64,000 nucleotides of DNA from an uncultured Gammaproteobacteria bacterium. GTDB lineage: Bacteria > Patescibacteriota > Microgenomatia > CAYQLK01. The stretch is taken from positions 1,590 to 65,589 of the forward strand of contig CAYUKQ010000002.1 of the NCBI GenBank assembly GCA_964445355.1, written 5' to 3'. This document shows positions 1 to 9,803 of the stretch, one piece after another. A program made the position numbers and the translations under genes. The notes under the pieces are model-generated. The model saw nothing but the letters and a program-made list of their open reading frames with translations, was not told the DNA's origin and did not search any database. Positions within the stretch are counted from its first letter, which is position 1. Every line of letters begins with the position of its first letter.

Positions 1-1314
1 ACTATTTTTTTTATTTTATTACTTACTTTTAGTATTTTATTTGCTATAGAAAATCCCATAACAAAAATAATTTACACCAACCATATTCCATTTTTATCTT
101 CAGCCCAGCCAAGTAGACTAATATTTATTACAATATTTTCGCTAAGCACTTTAGCTGCGGTCGGTTTAGATAACTTTTTAAAACACCGTGAGTCCAAAAA
201 AATAACAATATTCAGTTTTTTGCTTATTCTGACCTTTATCTTAGTCGTATTTGTAATTCTCAAATTTAATTTCAAAATTTATAACCCAAGTGATTTAGTT
301 AAAGATTATACGACTGCTACAAGAAATTTAATATTACCTGTTATCTTAATCATATTTTTAATTGGATTAATTTTATTTTCGTATTTTAAGTTGGCGCCCA
401 AAAAAATTGTTGCTTTATTAATTTCGATTTTGGCAATTGGAGAATTATTGTTTTACTTTTTTAGACTTATCCCGTTATCAGATACACCAATGTTTTACCC
501 TAGCACAAAAATTACTGAATTTCTAAAACATGATGAAGGCGTATTTCGAGTCGCTACTACTGACGACAGAATTTTTCCGCCAAATATATCTGGGGTCTAT
601 GGTATTCAGTCTCCAGAGGGTTACGATCCGCTTTTCCCGAAAAATTATGCTGACTTTGTAAGCATGATTGAGACCGGTAAAAACGAACAAATCAGATTTA
701 ATAGAATATTACGGCCAAAAAATATTGATTCAAATTTATATAGTCTTTTGAATGTTAAATATATTTTAAGTTTTGATTCCAAGTTACACGATCAGTCACC
801 AATTTTTTCTGAAGGGTTAACGAATGTTTTTATTAATAAGAATTACAACGAAAGAGCGTTTATTGTTTACAAAGCCATTTCTGCTACGGATGAAAATGAT
901 TCTAAAAATAAGTTATTGAACAAAAATTTCAAACCCAACCTTGAAGCGGTAGTTTTTGGACTCGAGGACAAAATCTACAATACAAATCAAGGTAATAGTA
1001 TTAAACCAAAGGTTTTGGTCGATGCTTATTCACCAAATATTATCAAGCTTAAAGTTAAAAGTTCAAGTAGTGGAATTTTAATTCTGACCGATAATTATTT
1101 TCCTGGTTGGCGCGCAAAAGTTAACGGAGTCGAATCACGAATTTTTCGAGCCAACCACACATTTCGTGGGGTTGAAGTACCAAACGGTGAAAGTCAGGTA
1201 GATTTTTATTACGAGCCCGGCTCTTTTAAGGTTGGAGTAATAATAGCATTATTTTCTTTACTAGGCATAATGATAATATTACTTAAGTACAAAAAATATG
1301 AGTCCAAAAATTAG
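1..1314 (+). CDS. YfhO-like GT-C membrane glycosyltransferase, 5'-truncated at window edge (frame 1 is open from nt 1)
   Basis: No stop in frame 1 from position 1. The protein is hydrophobic and multi-TM. The C-terminal segment '...YFPGWRAKVNGVESRIFRANHTFRGVEVPNGESQVDFYYEP...' matches the conserved YfhO C-terminal domain. Confidence 0.55.
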   Translation, partial: TIFFILLLTFSILFAIENPITKIIYTNHIPFLSSAQPSRLIFITIFSLSTLAAVGLDNFLKHRESKKITIFSFLLILTFILVVFVILKFNFKIYNPSDLVKDYTTATRNLILPVILIIFLIGLILFSYFKLAPKKIVALLISILAIGELLFYFFRLIPLSDTPMFYPSTKITEFLKHDEGVFRVATTDDRIFPPNISGVYGIQSPEGYDPLFPKNYADFVSMIETGKNEQIRFNRILRPKNIDSNLYSLLNVKYILSFDSKLHDQSPIFSEGLTNVFINKNYNERAFIVYKAISATDENDSKNKLLNKNFKPNLEAVVFGLEDKIYNTNQGNSIKPKVLVDAYSPNIIKLKVKSSSSGILILTDNYFPGWRAKVNGVESRIFRANHTFRGVEVPNGESQVDFYYEPGSFKVGVIIALFSLLGIMIILLKYKKYESKN

Positions 1315-2227
1315 CGTTGTTATTCCAAACTACAACGGAATCAGTTTATTAAAAAAAAACTTACCTGGAATTGTTAAAAACTTTCCTGACTCTCAAATAA
1401 TTGTATCTGATGATTGTTCTCACGACAAAAGTGTTGACTGGATAAAGCAAAATTTCCCGCAAGTTGACGTTACGGTTCATAGGCAAAATTTGGGATTTTC
1501 TTCGACTGCAAACGACGGAGTAAAACTTGCCAGCGGAAAGGTTATTGTTTTATTAAATACCGATGTCTCGGTTAAAAAAAATTATTCTAAAGAAATACTT
1601 CACTATTTTCACGATAAAAATTTATTTGGTATTGGATTTCAAGACCTAAGCTATGAATCCGGGAAAGTTGTGCGAAGGGGAAGAGGGGGTGGAGAATTTA
1701 AAAAAGGACTCTTAAGTCATTACAAGGGTAGTAATTCACATGGAGCAACTCTTTGGGTCTCTGGCGGAAGTTGTGCGATAAACAGGGAAAAATTTAACAG
1801 ATTGGGAGGGTTTAATACAATTTTTAACCCATTTTATTGGGAAGATATTGATTTATCTTATCGGGCACTTAAATCTGGATGGAACATTTTGTTCACGCCT
1901 GAAATTGAAGTTGATCACTACCACGATACGGGTTCGATAAGAACAAATAATTCAAAATTGCGGATTAATCAAATTGCCCAGAGAAATATGTTTATCTTTT
2001 CGGCCAAAAACGTTACAGACTTAAATATATTAATACAATTTTATATTTATATTTTTATCTTATTTATCAAATCATTAATAAAATCAGATTATTCGACAAA
2101 CAAATCCATATTGCAATTTGCACTAAAAATTTTCAAAATTATTCGCTTAAGAAATATTGAAAAAAAACGTTATAAATTGACTGATAAAGAAATAATAAAA
2201 TATTTTGGTAATGCTCAAGAAAATTAA
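1298..2227 (+). CDS. GT2-family glycosyltransferase with C-terminal hydrophobic tail
   Basis: N-terminus 'ISVVIPNYNG...IIVSDDCSHDKS...' is a GT-A/GT2 Rossmann start with a DXD-type acidic motif. Its start overlaps the preceding gene by 17 nt. Confidence 0.75.
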   Translation: MSPKISVVIPNYNGISLLKKNLPGIVKNFPDSQIIVSDDCSHDKSVDWIKQNFPQVDVTVHRQNLGFSSTANDGVKLASGKVIVLLNTDVSVKKNYSKEILHYFHDKNLFGIGFQDLSYESGKVVRRGRGGGEFKKGLLSHYKGSNSHGATLWVSGGSCAINREKFNRLGGFNTIFNPFYWEDIDLSYRALKSGWNILFTPEIEVDHYHDTGSIRTNNSKLRINQIAQRNMFIFSAKNVTDLNILIQFYIYIFILFIKSLIKSDYSTNKSILQFALKIFKIIRLRNIEKKRYKLTDKEIIKYFGNAQEN

Positions 2228-3848
2228 AAAAATATTACCTTTATTATTGATTGTTCTGTTTGGCGCGCTCATTAGGTTGAATGGATTCGGCGAAACCCCC
2301 AAATCAATGAATTGGGACGAAGTTTCCACCTCGTACAATGCTTGGTCGATTATTCAGACAGGGAGAGATGAGTATGGTGATTTGCTGCCGATGGTTTTTA
2401 GATCTTTTGATGATTACAAGGTTCCGTTGTATGTGTATTTAACAATACCGATTGTACTAATTTTTGGCCCTATTGATTACGTGGTTAGGATTCCAAATCT
2501 AATTCTAGGCACACTAAGTATATTAGGTATTTTTTTACTTAGTCGCAGATTATTTGAAAATAAGAACATTGCACTATTATCAGCACTGATTTTTGCAACC
2601 ATACCTTGGAGCATTCATTTTTCTCGTGTTGGATTTGAAGCAAACAGTCTTATTTTTTTTACTATCTTTGGGTGGTATTTTTTTGAAAAATTTCGAAAAC
2701 TTGATGGCAAATGGTTAATTCTATCAATCACCTTCTTTTTTATTAGCCTTTATTCTTACCATTCAGCCAAACTAATAATTCCTCTCTTTGTATTAATTCT
2801 GTGTATTTCTGAGGCTAAAAAAATTCTTGGTTTGAATAAAAATATTAAGATATTATTGATAGTAATATCAATTGCTATTTTATCTCCATTAGTATACTCA
2901 ACTTTTTTTTCAGGAGCTCAAAATAGGTTTGAAGCAACTACAATTTTTTCTAAAAAAAATTTAGATGAACAAGATCCTTTAAGGAGGCTTACAGATATAG
3001 AGTCAGGTGATTCGATATCCGGTAAAATTTACCACAATACTGCCTATTACCAAATTGAAAATTTAGTAAAAAACTATTTTTCTCACTACACGTCCAATTT
3101 TTTGTTATTTACTCAAGATAATCCACGGCACCACGCAACACGAACAGGGTTGTTGCTATTCGCACAAATTATTGTGTTAATTATTGGCTTATTTACCATA
3201 TATGGAAAAAGGTATAAAAATGGTAATAAAATTTCAACGCTATCGCTTTTTCTGATCAGCCCATTGGCTTCAGCAATAACAATAGAATCCCCACACGCAA
3301 TTAGATCCTCATTAATTGTGATTCCGATAACACTTTTTTGTAGTCTAGGTGTCTACCGACTTTATACATTTTCGAAGTCGTACTTGTACACCCCATTAAT
3401 CGTATTTGTGATTTTATATATTTTTAATTTCTATTTTTTTCTTCATCAATACTATGCACATTACAATTACGAATCTGCTGAGTACTGGCAATACGGTCGA
3501 AAAGAGGCGGCATTATTTACCAAAAGTATTGAAAATAATTACGATGAGGTTTGGGTATCTAACGCCATAGAGCAAGCATATATTTATTGGTTGTTTTATC
3601 AACAAATTTCTCCTGATAAATATATTTTGACCGGAGGTACAAAAGCTGGATATCAAGGATTTAATGGAAATAGCTATGGTAAATACAAATTTTTAAATAT
3701 AGATCCAAAAAAAATTCAGTCGGATAAAAAGATTCTTCTTGTAGGATTAAAAGATGAATTTCCAATAAAACCAATTAAGCAGATTAAACTACCATCTGGT
3801 TCGGTCATTATCGACATTACTGATAATACACAATATGTCCAAAATTAA
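2205..3848 (+). CDS. GT-C glycosyltransferase, PMT_2/ArnT-like (polyprenyl-phosphate-sugar dependent)
   Basis: Twelve or more TM helices. The first extracytoplasmic loop carries a 'WDEVS...RDEYGDLLP' acidic motif typical of GT39/GT83 ArnT/PMT enzymes. Size 547 aa. Confidence 0.65.
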   Translation: MVMLKKIKKILPLLLIVLFGALIRLNGFGETPKSMNWDEVSTSYNAWSIIQTGRDEYGDLLPMVFRSFDDYKVPLYVYLTIPIVLIFGPIDYVVRIPNLILGTLSILGIFLLSRRLFENKNIALLSALIFATIPWSIHFSRVGFEANSLIFFTIFGWYFFEKFRKLDGKWLILSITFFFISLYSYHSAKLIIPLFVLILCISEAKKILGLNKNIKILLIVISIAILSPLVYSTFFSGAQNRFEATTIFSKKNLDEQDPLRRLTDIESGDSISGKIYHNTAYYQIENLVKNYFSHYTSNFLLFTQDNPRHHATRTGLLLFAQIIVLIIGLFTIYGKRYKNGNKISTLSLFLISPLASAITIESPHAIRSSLIVIPITLFCSLGVYRLYTFSKSYLYTPLIVFVILYIFNFYFFLHQYYAHYNYESAEYWQYGRKEAALFTKSIENNYDEVWVSNAIEQAYIYWLFYQQISPDKYILTGGTKAGYQGFNGNSYGKYKFLNIDPKKIQSDKKILLVGLKDEFPIKPIKQIKLPSGSVIIDITDNTQYVQN

Positions 3849-5481
3849 TTACTTTTTTAAACATAAGATAATAATATCAATTGTTTTTTTAGGATTGATA
3901 TTGCGTTTGGTTAGAATTTTTGACACCCCGCCGTCCTTGTACTGGGACGAAGTTTCGATTGGTTATAATAGCTATACTTTATCGCAGACATTTCGAGACG
4001 AACATGGTCAACTATTGCCAATAGAGGCGTTTACGGCATATGGGGATTATAAAGCTCCATTGTATATTTATTTAACCGCACCAATTGTCAAACTATTCAG
4101 TCTAAATTATCTAAGTGTCAGAGCAGTTTCAATTATTTCAGGTACTTTATTAATTTTTTTGGTTTTTTTAATTTCTAAAGAACTTTTCCCTAAAAATAAA
4201 CAAATTCCAGTATTTTCGTCGATTTTTATTGCAATTTCCCCTTGGAGTATCCAAATCTCCAGAGCAGCATTTGAAGCAAATTTAGGTGTTACATTGGGTT
4301 CTGCGGCGACGCTTATTTTTCTTAAGTCGTATAAAAATCCAAAATTTTTTTTTCTGTCAACAATACTATTTGTCCTCTCGATGTATAGCTTTAACGGCAC
4401 AAGGTACTTCTTACCATTTTGGATCGTTGGATTAGTATTTTGGTCGTACTTAAAAAATAAACACAAATTTATCAAGACAAAACACTTATTTCTGTCTAGT
4501 CTTATTGGTTTTATGATGATAATCCCATTAATAAGATTCGGATTAACTAATTCGGGACAACTGCGATATAACGAGGTAAATATTTTTTCAGACCCCAAGC
4601 CTGTACTAGAGTCAAACAGGCTACAAGAGGAGAATGGGTATTCACTGCTATCAAAAGTAATTTACAATCGCAGAGTTTTTCATGCCAAGAACTACATAAA
4701 GCACTATTTTGACAACTTCTCGTATAAGTATTTATTTGTAAGTGGAGACATTAATCCAAGATTTTCTTCTCAGCTAACTGGTCAGTTGTATATTATTGAG
4801 CTGATTCTTTTACCACTGGGTGTATATTTCGTATTTAAAAAAAATAGAAAAATATTTTATTTTCTATTTTTATGGGTTGTCATTTCGCCGGTTGCTGCAA
4901 GCGTAGCCAGGGAAACACCACATGCATTAAGAACTCTTCAGATGTTGCCCGCATTATCAATATTAAGTGCAAGCGGAATTGCCTATCTGGTAAATAAACA
5001 AAATAACAAAAAATTAAGGTGGGGGGCGTTATTTATTATTTTTTCAATGCTTGGGTTTCAATTTCTATTTTTCATTTCCAACTACTTTTTTAATTACTCA
5101 GCAAAATATGCGGACGACTGGCAGGATGGATATGCTCAATTGAACACGATACTAAGTAATCGGGAGTATGAAAACAAAAAAATTCTTATTACGGATCATT
5201 ATGGAAGAGCATATGCAAATATACTCTATTATCAAAAGTTTTCGCTTGATACGTATTTATCCACAAGAGATGCGTTTTCTGAGCCTTCAGGGCTTTGGAC
5301 AGTAAAAGGCTTTGGAAATTACAGTTTTAAACCTTCTGTTTCATGTGCAGATGCGTCAATTGCAGATTACATAATTGGTACACCCGACGATTTCGCTAAT
5401 ATTAAATTACAAAATGTTATTTTCAATAGTTTTGGCAAGCCGAAGTTTGTTATCATTAATTCCAATGAGTGTAAAAAATAA
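3835..5481 (+). CDS. GT-C glycosyltransferase, PMT_2/ArnT-like; tandem paralog of the previous gene
   Basis: Same architecture and a near-identical loop motif ('YWDEVSIGYNSYTL...RDEHGQLLP'). It overlaps the upstream paralog by 14 nt. Confidence 0.65.
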   Translation: MSKINYFFKHKIIISIVFLGLILRLVRIFDTPPSLYWDEVSIGYNSYTLSQTFRDEHGQLLPIEAFTAYGDYKAPLYIYLTAPIVKLFSLNYLSVRAVSIISGTLLIFLVFLISKELFPKNKQIPVFSSIFIAISPWSIQISRAAFEANLGVTLGSAATLIFLKSYKNPKFFFLSTILFVLSMYSFNGTRYFLPFWIVGLVFWSYLKNKHKFIKTKHLFLSSLIGFMMIIPLIRFGLTNSGQLRYNEVNIFSDPKPVLESNRLQEENGYSLLSKVIYNRRVFHAKNYIKHYFDNFSYKYLFVSGDINPRFSSQLTGQLYIIELILLPLGVYFVFKKNRKIFYFLFLWVVISPVAASVARETPHALRTLQMLPALSILSASGIAYLVNKQNNKKLRWGALFIIFSMLGFQFLFFISNYFFNYSAKYADDWQDGYAQLNTILSNREYENKKILITDHYGRAYANILYYQKFSLDTYLSTRDAFSEPSGLWTVKGFGNYSFKPSVSCADASIADYIIGTPDDFANIKLQNVIFNSFGKPKFVIINSNECKK

Positions 5482-6286
5482 TCAAACAAAAATTTCAGTC
5501 GCCATAGCCACCTTTAATGAGGAAAAAAACATTCGTTTTTGCCTCGACTCAATAAAAGGTTGGGCAGATGAAATAATAATTTTTGACGGATCTTCAACTG
5601 ATAAAACTGTAGAAATTGCCCGCGGCATGGGTGCAAAAGTGTTTATTGTTGATAATCCTCCCCATTTTCATACAAATAAACAAAAAGCCATAGATAAATG
5701 CAAGAATAATTGGATTTTTCAACTTGATGCAGATGAGGAATTGACCAGCAACTTAAAGGAAGAAATTATTCAAATAATTTCTGATCCAAACAATAAATTC
5801 CACGGCTATTATGTTCCGAGGAGGAATTATTTTTTAGCACATTGGATGAAAAAAACTGCTAACTACCCTGATCCAGTAATTAGACTATTCAAAAGAGGTT
5901 TTGCGAAAGTACCCGTAAAAAACACCCATGAACAAATTGAGATAGAGGGACAGGTGGGATGGCTAAAAAACGATATGCTTCACTACGGTGATGTTAGCTT
6001 TACAAGATATTTAATAAGAGCAAACCGTTACAGTACTATGGATGCTCGATACCTAAAACAGGACAAGGTTAATATATCACTTGGATTTTCGATCAAATAT
6101 CTTTTTCTTTATCCGATAAAAACATTTTTACTTCTATACGTCAGACACCAAGGTTTTCGTGATGGTATGGCCGGGTTTGCCTTTTCTTTGTATTCATCAA
6201 TACATTTTATTAATACGTATTTAAAATATTATGAATCAGCGAATCAAAATATTGATCGATCAGAGCCGCTTGATTACTGGGCATAA
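5465..6286 (+). CDS. GT2 polyprenyl-phosphate sugar synthase-like (GtrB/Ppm1/ArnC-like)
   Basis: GT2 start 'ISVAIATFNEEKNI...' followed by C-terminal TM helices, the GtrB/DPM1 layout. The start was chosen at the internal ATG at 5465 (MSVKNN...), because the track ORF from 5375 would overlap the upstream gene by about 100 nt. Confidence 0.55.
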   Translation: MSVKNNQTKISVAIATFNEEKNIRFCLDSIKGWADEIIIFDGSSTDKTVEIARGMGAKVFIVDNPPHFHTNKQKAIDKCKNNWIFQLDADEELTSNLKEEIIQIISDPNNKFHGYYVPRRNYFLAHWMKKTANYPDPVIRLFKRGFAKVPVKNTHEQIEIEGQVGWLKNDMLHYGDVSFTRYLIRANRYSTMDARYLKQDKVNISLGFSIKYLFLYPIKTFLLLYVRHQGFRDGMAGFAFSLYSSIHFINTYLKYYESANQNIDRSEPLDYWA

Positions 6287-7250
6287 AGCAAGAGGGTCAG
6301 GTACATATATAAATAACCTGATCAATTCACTTAGTGAGAATCGTGGTATTAAGCTAGTTGAGAACTATTCATCTAATCCTGATGTTGTTCATTTCCCATA
6401 TTTTGATCCATTTTTTTTAACTTTACCTAAAAAAATTTCCCCTCCGACCGTTATCACGGTGCATGATTTAATACCGATAGATTATCCAAAAATATTTCCT
6501 AAAGGTATTAAAGGTTGGTTAAGGTGGAAGATACAAAAAAGAAATTTACAGAATGCTGATGCGATCATTACTGATAGTATTTACTGCAGGCAGCGTATTC
6601 AGGATATTACTGGTATTGATAGTAAAAAAATTCATGTAATTCCACTGGCCGCAGATCCACAATTCAAACAGCTAAAAAATCAGACCTTAGATGAAATCAA
6701 AAAAAAGTATTCCTTACCTGAAAAATTCGTTCTATATGTCGGAGATGTTAACCCAAATAAAAACGTTAAAAGGCTTATTTTGGCTTCAAAAGATTTTAAA
6801 TTTAAGTTGTATTTAGCAGGGCGGGCATTTGGAGCGGAATCTGCAGAAGTAAAAGATATTAAGGCACTCGTCGAAAACAGCAATAATTGTTCGATCATTG
6901 GTGAAATTGAATCAAGTAATGACTTAGTCGCGATTTATAATCTAGCTCATCTTACTGTGGTTCCATCTTGGGAGGAGGGTTTTGGTTTCCCAATATTAGA
7001 ATCTATGGCTTGTGGTACGCCTGTAGCAACTTCTAACAGATCATGTTTGCCTGAGGTCGGTAGAGAGGCTGCAAAATATTTTGATCCTTATTCAGTTGAT
7101 GACATTGCAAGGACAGTAAATAAAATTTGTGTACTCTCTCAAAAAAAATATTCAGAATTAAAAAACAAATCGATTAATAATAGTAAAAAATTCACTTGGA
7201 AGAAAACTGCAAAATTAACCATTGATGTATACACACAGCTTAAAGATTAA
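6231..7250 (+). CDS. GT4-family glycosyltransferase
   Basis: GT-B fold with the C-terminal 'EGFGFPILESMACGTPV' E-x7-E motif. Confidence 0.75.
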   Translation: MNQRIKILIDQSRLITGHKARGSGTYINNLINSLSENRGIKLVENYSSNPDVVHFPYFDPFFLTLPKKISPPTVITVHDLIPIDYPKIFPKGIKGWLRWKIQKRNLQNADAIITDSIYCRQRIQDITGIDSKKIHVIPLAADPQFKQLKNQTLDEIKKKYSLPEKFVLYVGDVNPNKNVKRLILASKDFKFKLYLAGRAFGAESAEVKDIKALVENSNNCSIIGEIESSNDLVAIYNLAHLTVVPSWEEGFGFPILESMACGTPVATSNRSCLPEVGREAAKYFDPYSVDDIARTVNKICVLSQKKYSELKNKSINNSKKFTWKKTAKLTIDVYTQLKD

Positions 7251-8367
7251 AAAAAATGTTGACAAATATCGCTTTGTCATTCTGACTTTTCTAGTCTGGA
7301 AAATTACTTTGTCAGTATTTGGACTAATCATTATCCAATTTGTTGATTATCACCCTACCTTTCCCTACTACGAATCGTTAAAATCAAAGTATGATTTTTT
7401 ATACCTTTTTATATGGGGAGGTTTTGATGGCGTTCACTATTTAGACATTGCGCAAGATGGTTATACTAAACAGTTTACACAAGCTTTTTTCCCTTTCTAC
7501 CCATTATTAATTAGTTTTTTTTCATTCGGTTTTATTCCAAAATTGGTTGTAGGTATTTTAATTAACAATCTTGGATTATTTGTGGGGCTAATTTTTTTAC
7601 AGAATATAATCCAAAATAATTTTAAAAAAATTGATTATCGTTTTGTTATTTTGATATTTCTAGCATATCCTTTCTCCTTTTTCTTTAACGCTGTGTACAA
7701 TGAGGGAATATTTTTCGCACTTATATTAATTTGTTTTCAGTCTTATCAGTACAGAAGGACGTTAATGATGATATTAACTGGAATATTTGCTTGCACCACA
7801 AGATTGGCTGGAATATATCTAATTCCCTCACTTGCTGTTTTTACATTATTAGATCAAAAAAGAAAAAAAACTAGTTCGTTAATGGCAATTAGCTTTATAT
7901 CTTTTGGATTGATTATCTACATGATTTATCTGGAAATTAAATTTGGTGATTACCTATATTTCATTACTTCACAAAACTATTTTGGGAACGCAAGGAGTAG
8001 TGATTTAGTGCTATTGCCACAGGTAATTTATCGGTATATAAAAATTATACTAAGTATTTCAGTTACCAGTAATGCGTTTATCATTGCAATAACAGAATTT
8101 TTTGTTGCAATCGTATTTCTTATTTTACCGATAATTTTTCACAAAAAAATTCCAATCGGATATATTATTTTTTCATTATTAGTTGTAATTGTTCCCTCGC
8201 TAACTGGCACTTTTGGATCAATGCCAAGATACGCCCTAATGTCATTTCCAGTTTTTATATTAATTGGCTTTTTAAGTCAAAAATATAAAATGTTACTGAT
8301 TACCGTATTTGTAATTTTGCAATTATACTTTCTTTCATTATTTATCTCCGGCACGTTCGTATCATAA
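7222..8367 (+). CDS. PIG-V/Gpi18-like (GT76-like) GT-C mannosyltransferase family membrane protein
   Basis: Multi-TM protein. The motif 'FDGVHYLDIAQDGY...AFFPFYPLLI' resembles the conserved PIG-V/Mannosyl_trans2 signature. It has a paralog at 52504-53565. Confidence 0.5.
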   Translation: MMYTHSLKIKKNVDKYRFVILTFLVWKITLSVFGLIIIQFVDYHPTFPYYESLKSKYDFLYLFIWGGFDGVHYLDIAQDGYTKQFTQAFFPFYPLLISFFSFGFIPKLVVGILINNLGLFVGLIFLQNIIQNNFKKIDYRFVILIFLAYPFSFFFNAVYNEGIFFALILICFQSYQYRRTLMMILTGIFACTTRLAGIYLIPSLAVFTLLDQKRKKTSSLMAISFISFGLIIYMIYLEIKFGDYLYFITSQNYFGNARSSDLVLLPQVIYRYIKIILSISVTSNAFIIAITEFFVAIVFLILPIIFHKKIPIGYIIFSLLVVIVPSLTGTFGSMPRYALMSFPVFILIGFLSQKYKMLLITVFVILQLYFLSLFISGTFVS

Positions 8368-9803
8368 TGAAAAATCATAAAAAAATAATTGCAATATTAA
8401 TTCTAGCAGCTGTAATTCGTTTGCTCGGCCTTAATCAGAGCTTGTGGCATGATGAGGCAATCGCTGCTCAAACAGTAATAAATTTTAGTATAAAAGAGTA
8501 TTTTACGAATTTTTTACCAGGTGATTTTCACCCACCGATATATTTTTTTATACAGAAAATATTTTATTTTATCTTTGGTAGCTCCGAATTTTCCTTTAGG
8601 CTTCCAGCCTTACTTTCTGGTGTGCTAACTGTCTATTTTGTTTATTTGATTTCAATAATTACCATCCAAAATAAAAAATACATTTTTTGGCCGACAATAC
8701 TTTGTGCTCTCTCTCCAATATTAATTCAATATTCGTTTGAAGCCAGACCATATTCACTTACTACACTCGTTGTCACGATTAATATTTATCTTTTGTTAAG
8801 AATAAAAAATAAATTTTCAAAATTAACATTTATTACTTACCTTACTAGTTGTGTTGTTTTAATTTATTTAAATTATTTATCATATTTTTATTTGATTATT
8901 TCTTCAGCATTTATGATAAATATTTTAATCAGACAAAAAGAAATTTTTAAAAAGTCAACTATTTTTTTTAGTCTAATAGCAATTACCATATCTAGTGGAA
9001 TTGCTCCAATCTTAAATCAGCAGCTGGCAGTAGGTTTCGGAATTTCTGACACAGCTTCTGGGTGGCAAAAAATAATTGGTAGCCAAAATATTTTTAAAAA
9101 TATCGTTCAATTTTGCATCAAAATTATTTCAGGTCACGTAGACTTTGATTACTCAAAATTGTCAATTTTTATTTCCGGCATTGGTGCAATATTACTTTTA
9201 ACTATCTTGATGCTCTCGCTAATTAAACGTGGTAAAGAGTTTTTTTTGACCGCTATTTTTTTAATGGTTCTTTTACTGATTCAAATAGTATCAATGACGA
9301 TTCCAATATATTCCTATTTTAGGTTGTTATATTTAGTGCCACTAATTTTAATTTCAATTTCTGTTGCTATTCAACATTATTCTAGGGCAAGGTACGTATT
9401 TTATTATTTTTTTATTAGTAGTTTGATTTTTAATTTTATGTATTTTTTAAATCCAGTCTTTTGGCGCGAGAATTGGAAAGGGGCTGCCGAATATACCAAA
9501 TATTTAACAGCTAATTATCAAAACAGTATTGTTGTTTTTCCAACGGCAATTCCATATGAGGCATATTCATACTATAATCATTCGCCGGCCATAGGAATAG
9601 GAAAGGACTTTATTGTTACTCAATTAACACAAGAACAAGAATTAGAATTAAAAAAATATCAATATTTAATTGTTTACGACTATTTGGCACAGCTAACCGA
9701 TCCAAAGGGAATTACAAAAAACTTTCTTAATAATAATTATAATGAGTTGACCGGATATAGTTTTAATAAAATAGGGAGCATTAGGTTATACAGTCTGAAA
9801 TGA
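8367..9803 (+). CDS. GT-C glycosyltransferase, PMT_2/ArnT-like
   Basis: Multi-TM protein of 478 aa with an N-terminal loop 'LWHDEAIAAQT' and the ArnT-like topology. Confidence 0.6.
   Translation: MKNHKKIIAILILAAVIRLLGLNQSLWHDEAIAAQTVINFSIKEYFTNFLPGDFHPPIYFFIQKIFYFIFGSSEFSFRLPALLSGVLTVYFVYLISIITIQNKKYIFWPTILCALSPILIQYSFEARPYSLTTLVVTINIYLLLRIKNKFSKLTFITYLTSCVVLIYLNYLSYFYLIISSAFMINILIRQKEIFKKSTIFFSLIAITISSGIAPILNQQLAVGFGISDTASGWQKIIGSQNIFKNIVQFCIKIISGHVDFDYSKLSIFISGIGAILLLTILMLSLIKRGKEFFLTAIFLMVLLLIQIVSMTIPIYSYFRLLYLVPLILISISVAIQHYSRARYVFYYFFISSLIFNFMYFLNPVFWRENWKGAAEYTKYLTANYQNSIVVFPTAIPYEAYSYYNHSPAIGIGKDFIVTQLTQEQELELKKYQYLIVYDYLAQLTDPKGITKNFLNNNYNELTGYSFNKIGSIRLYSLK

Noticed and set aside
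4107-4598. 163-aa minus-strand ORF
   Set aside because: It lies entirely within the second PMT_2-like GT-C gene. The sense frame encodes a coherent 12-TM protein with the conserved loop motif.
5375-5464. Upstream extension of the GT2 ORF (track start 5375)
   Set aside because: It would overlap the preceding gene by about 100 nt. The internal ATG at 5465 yields the canonical GT2 N-terminus, so the extension is probably not translated.
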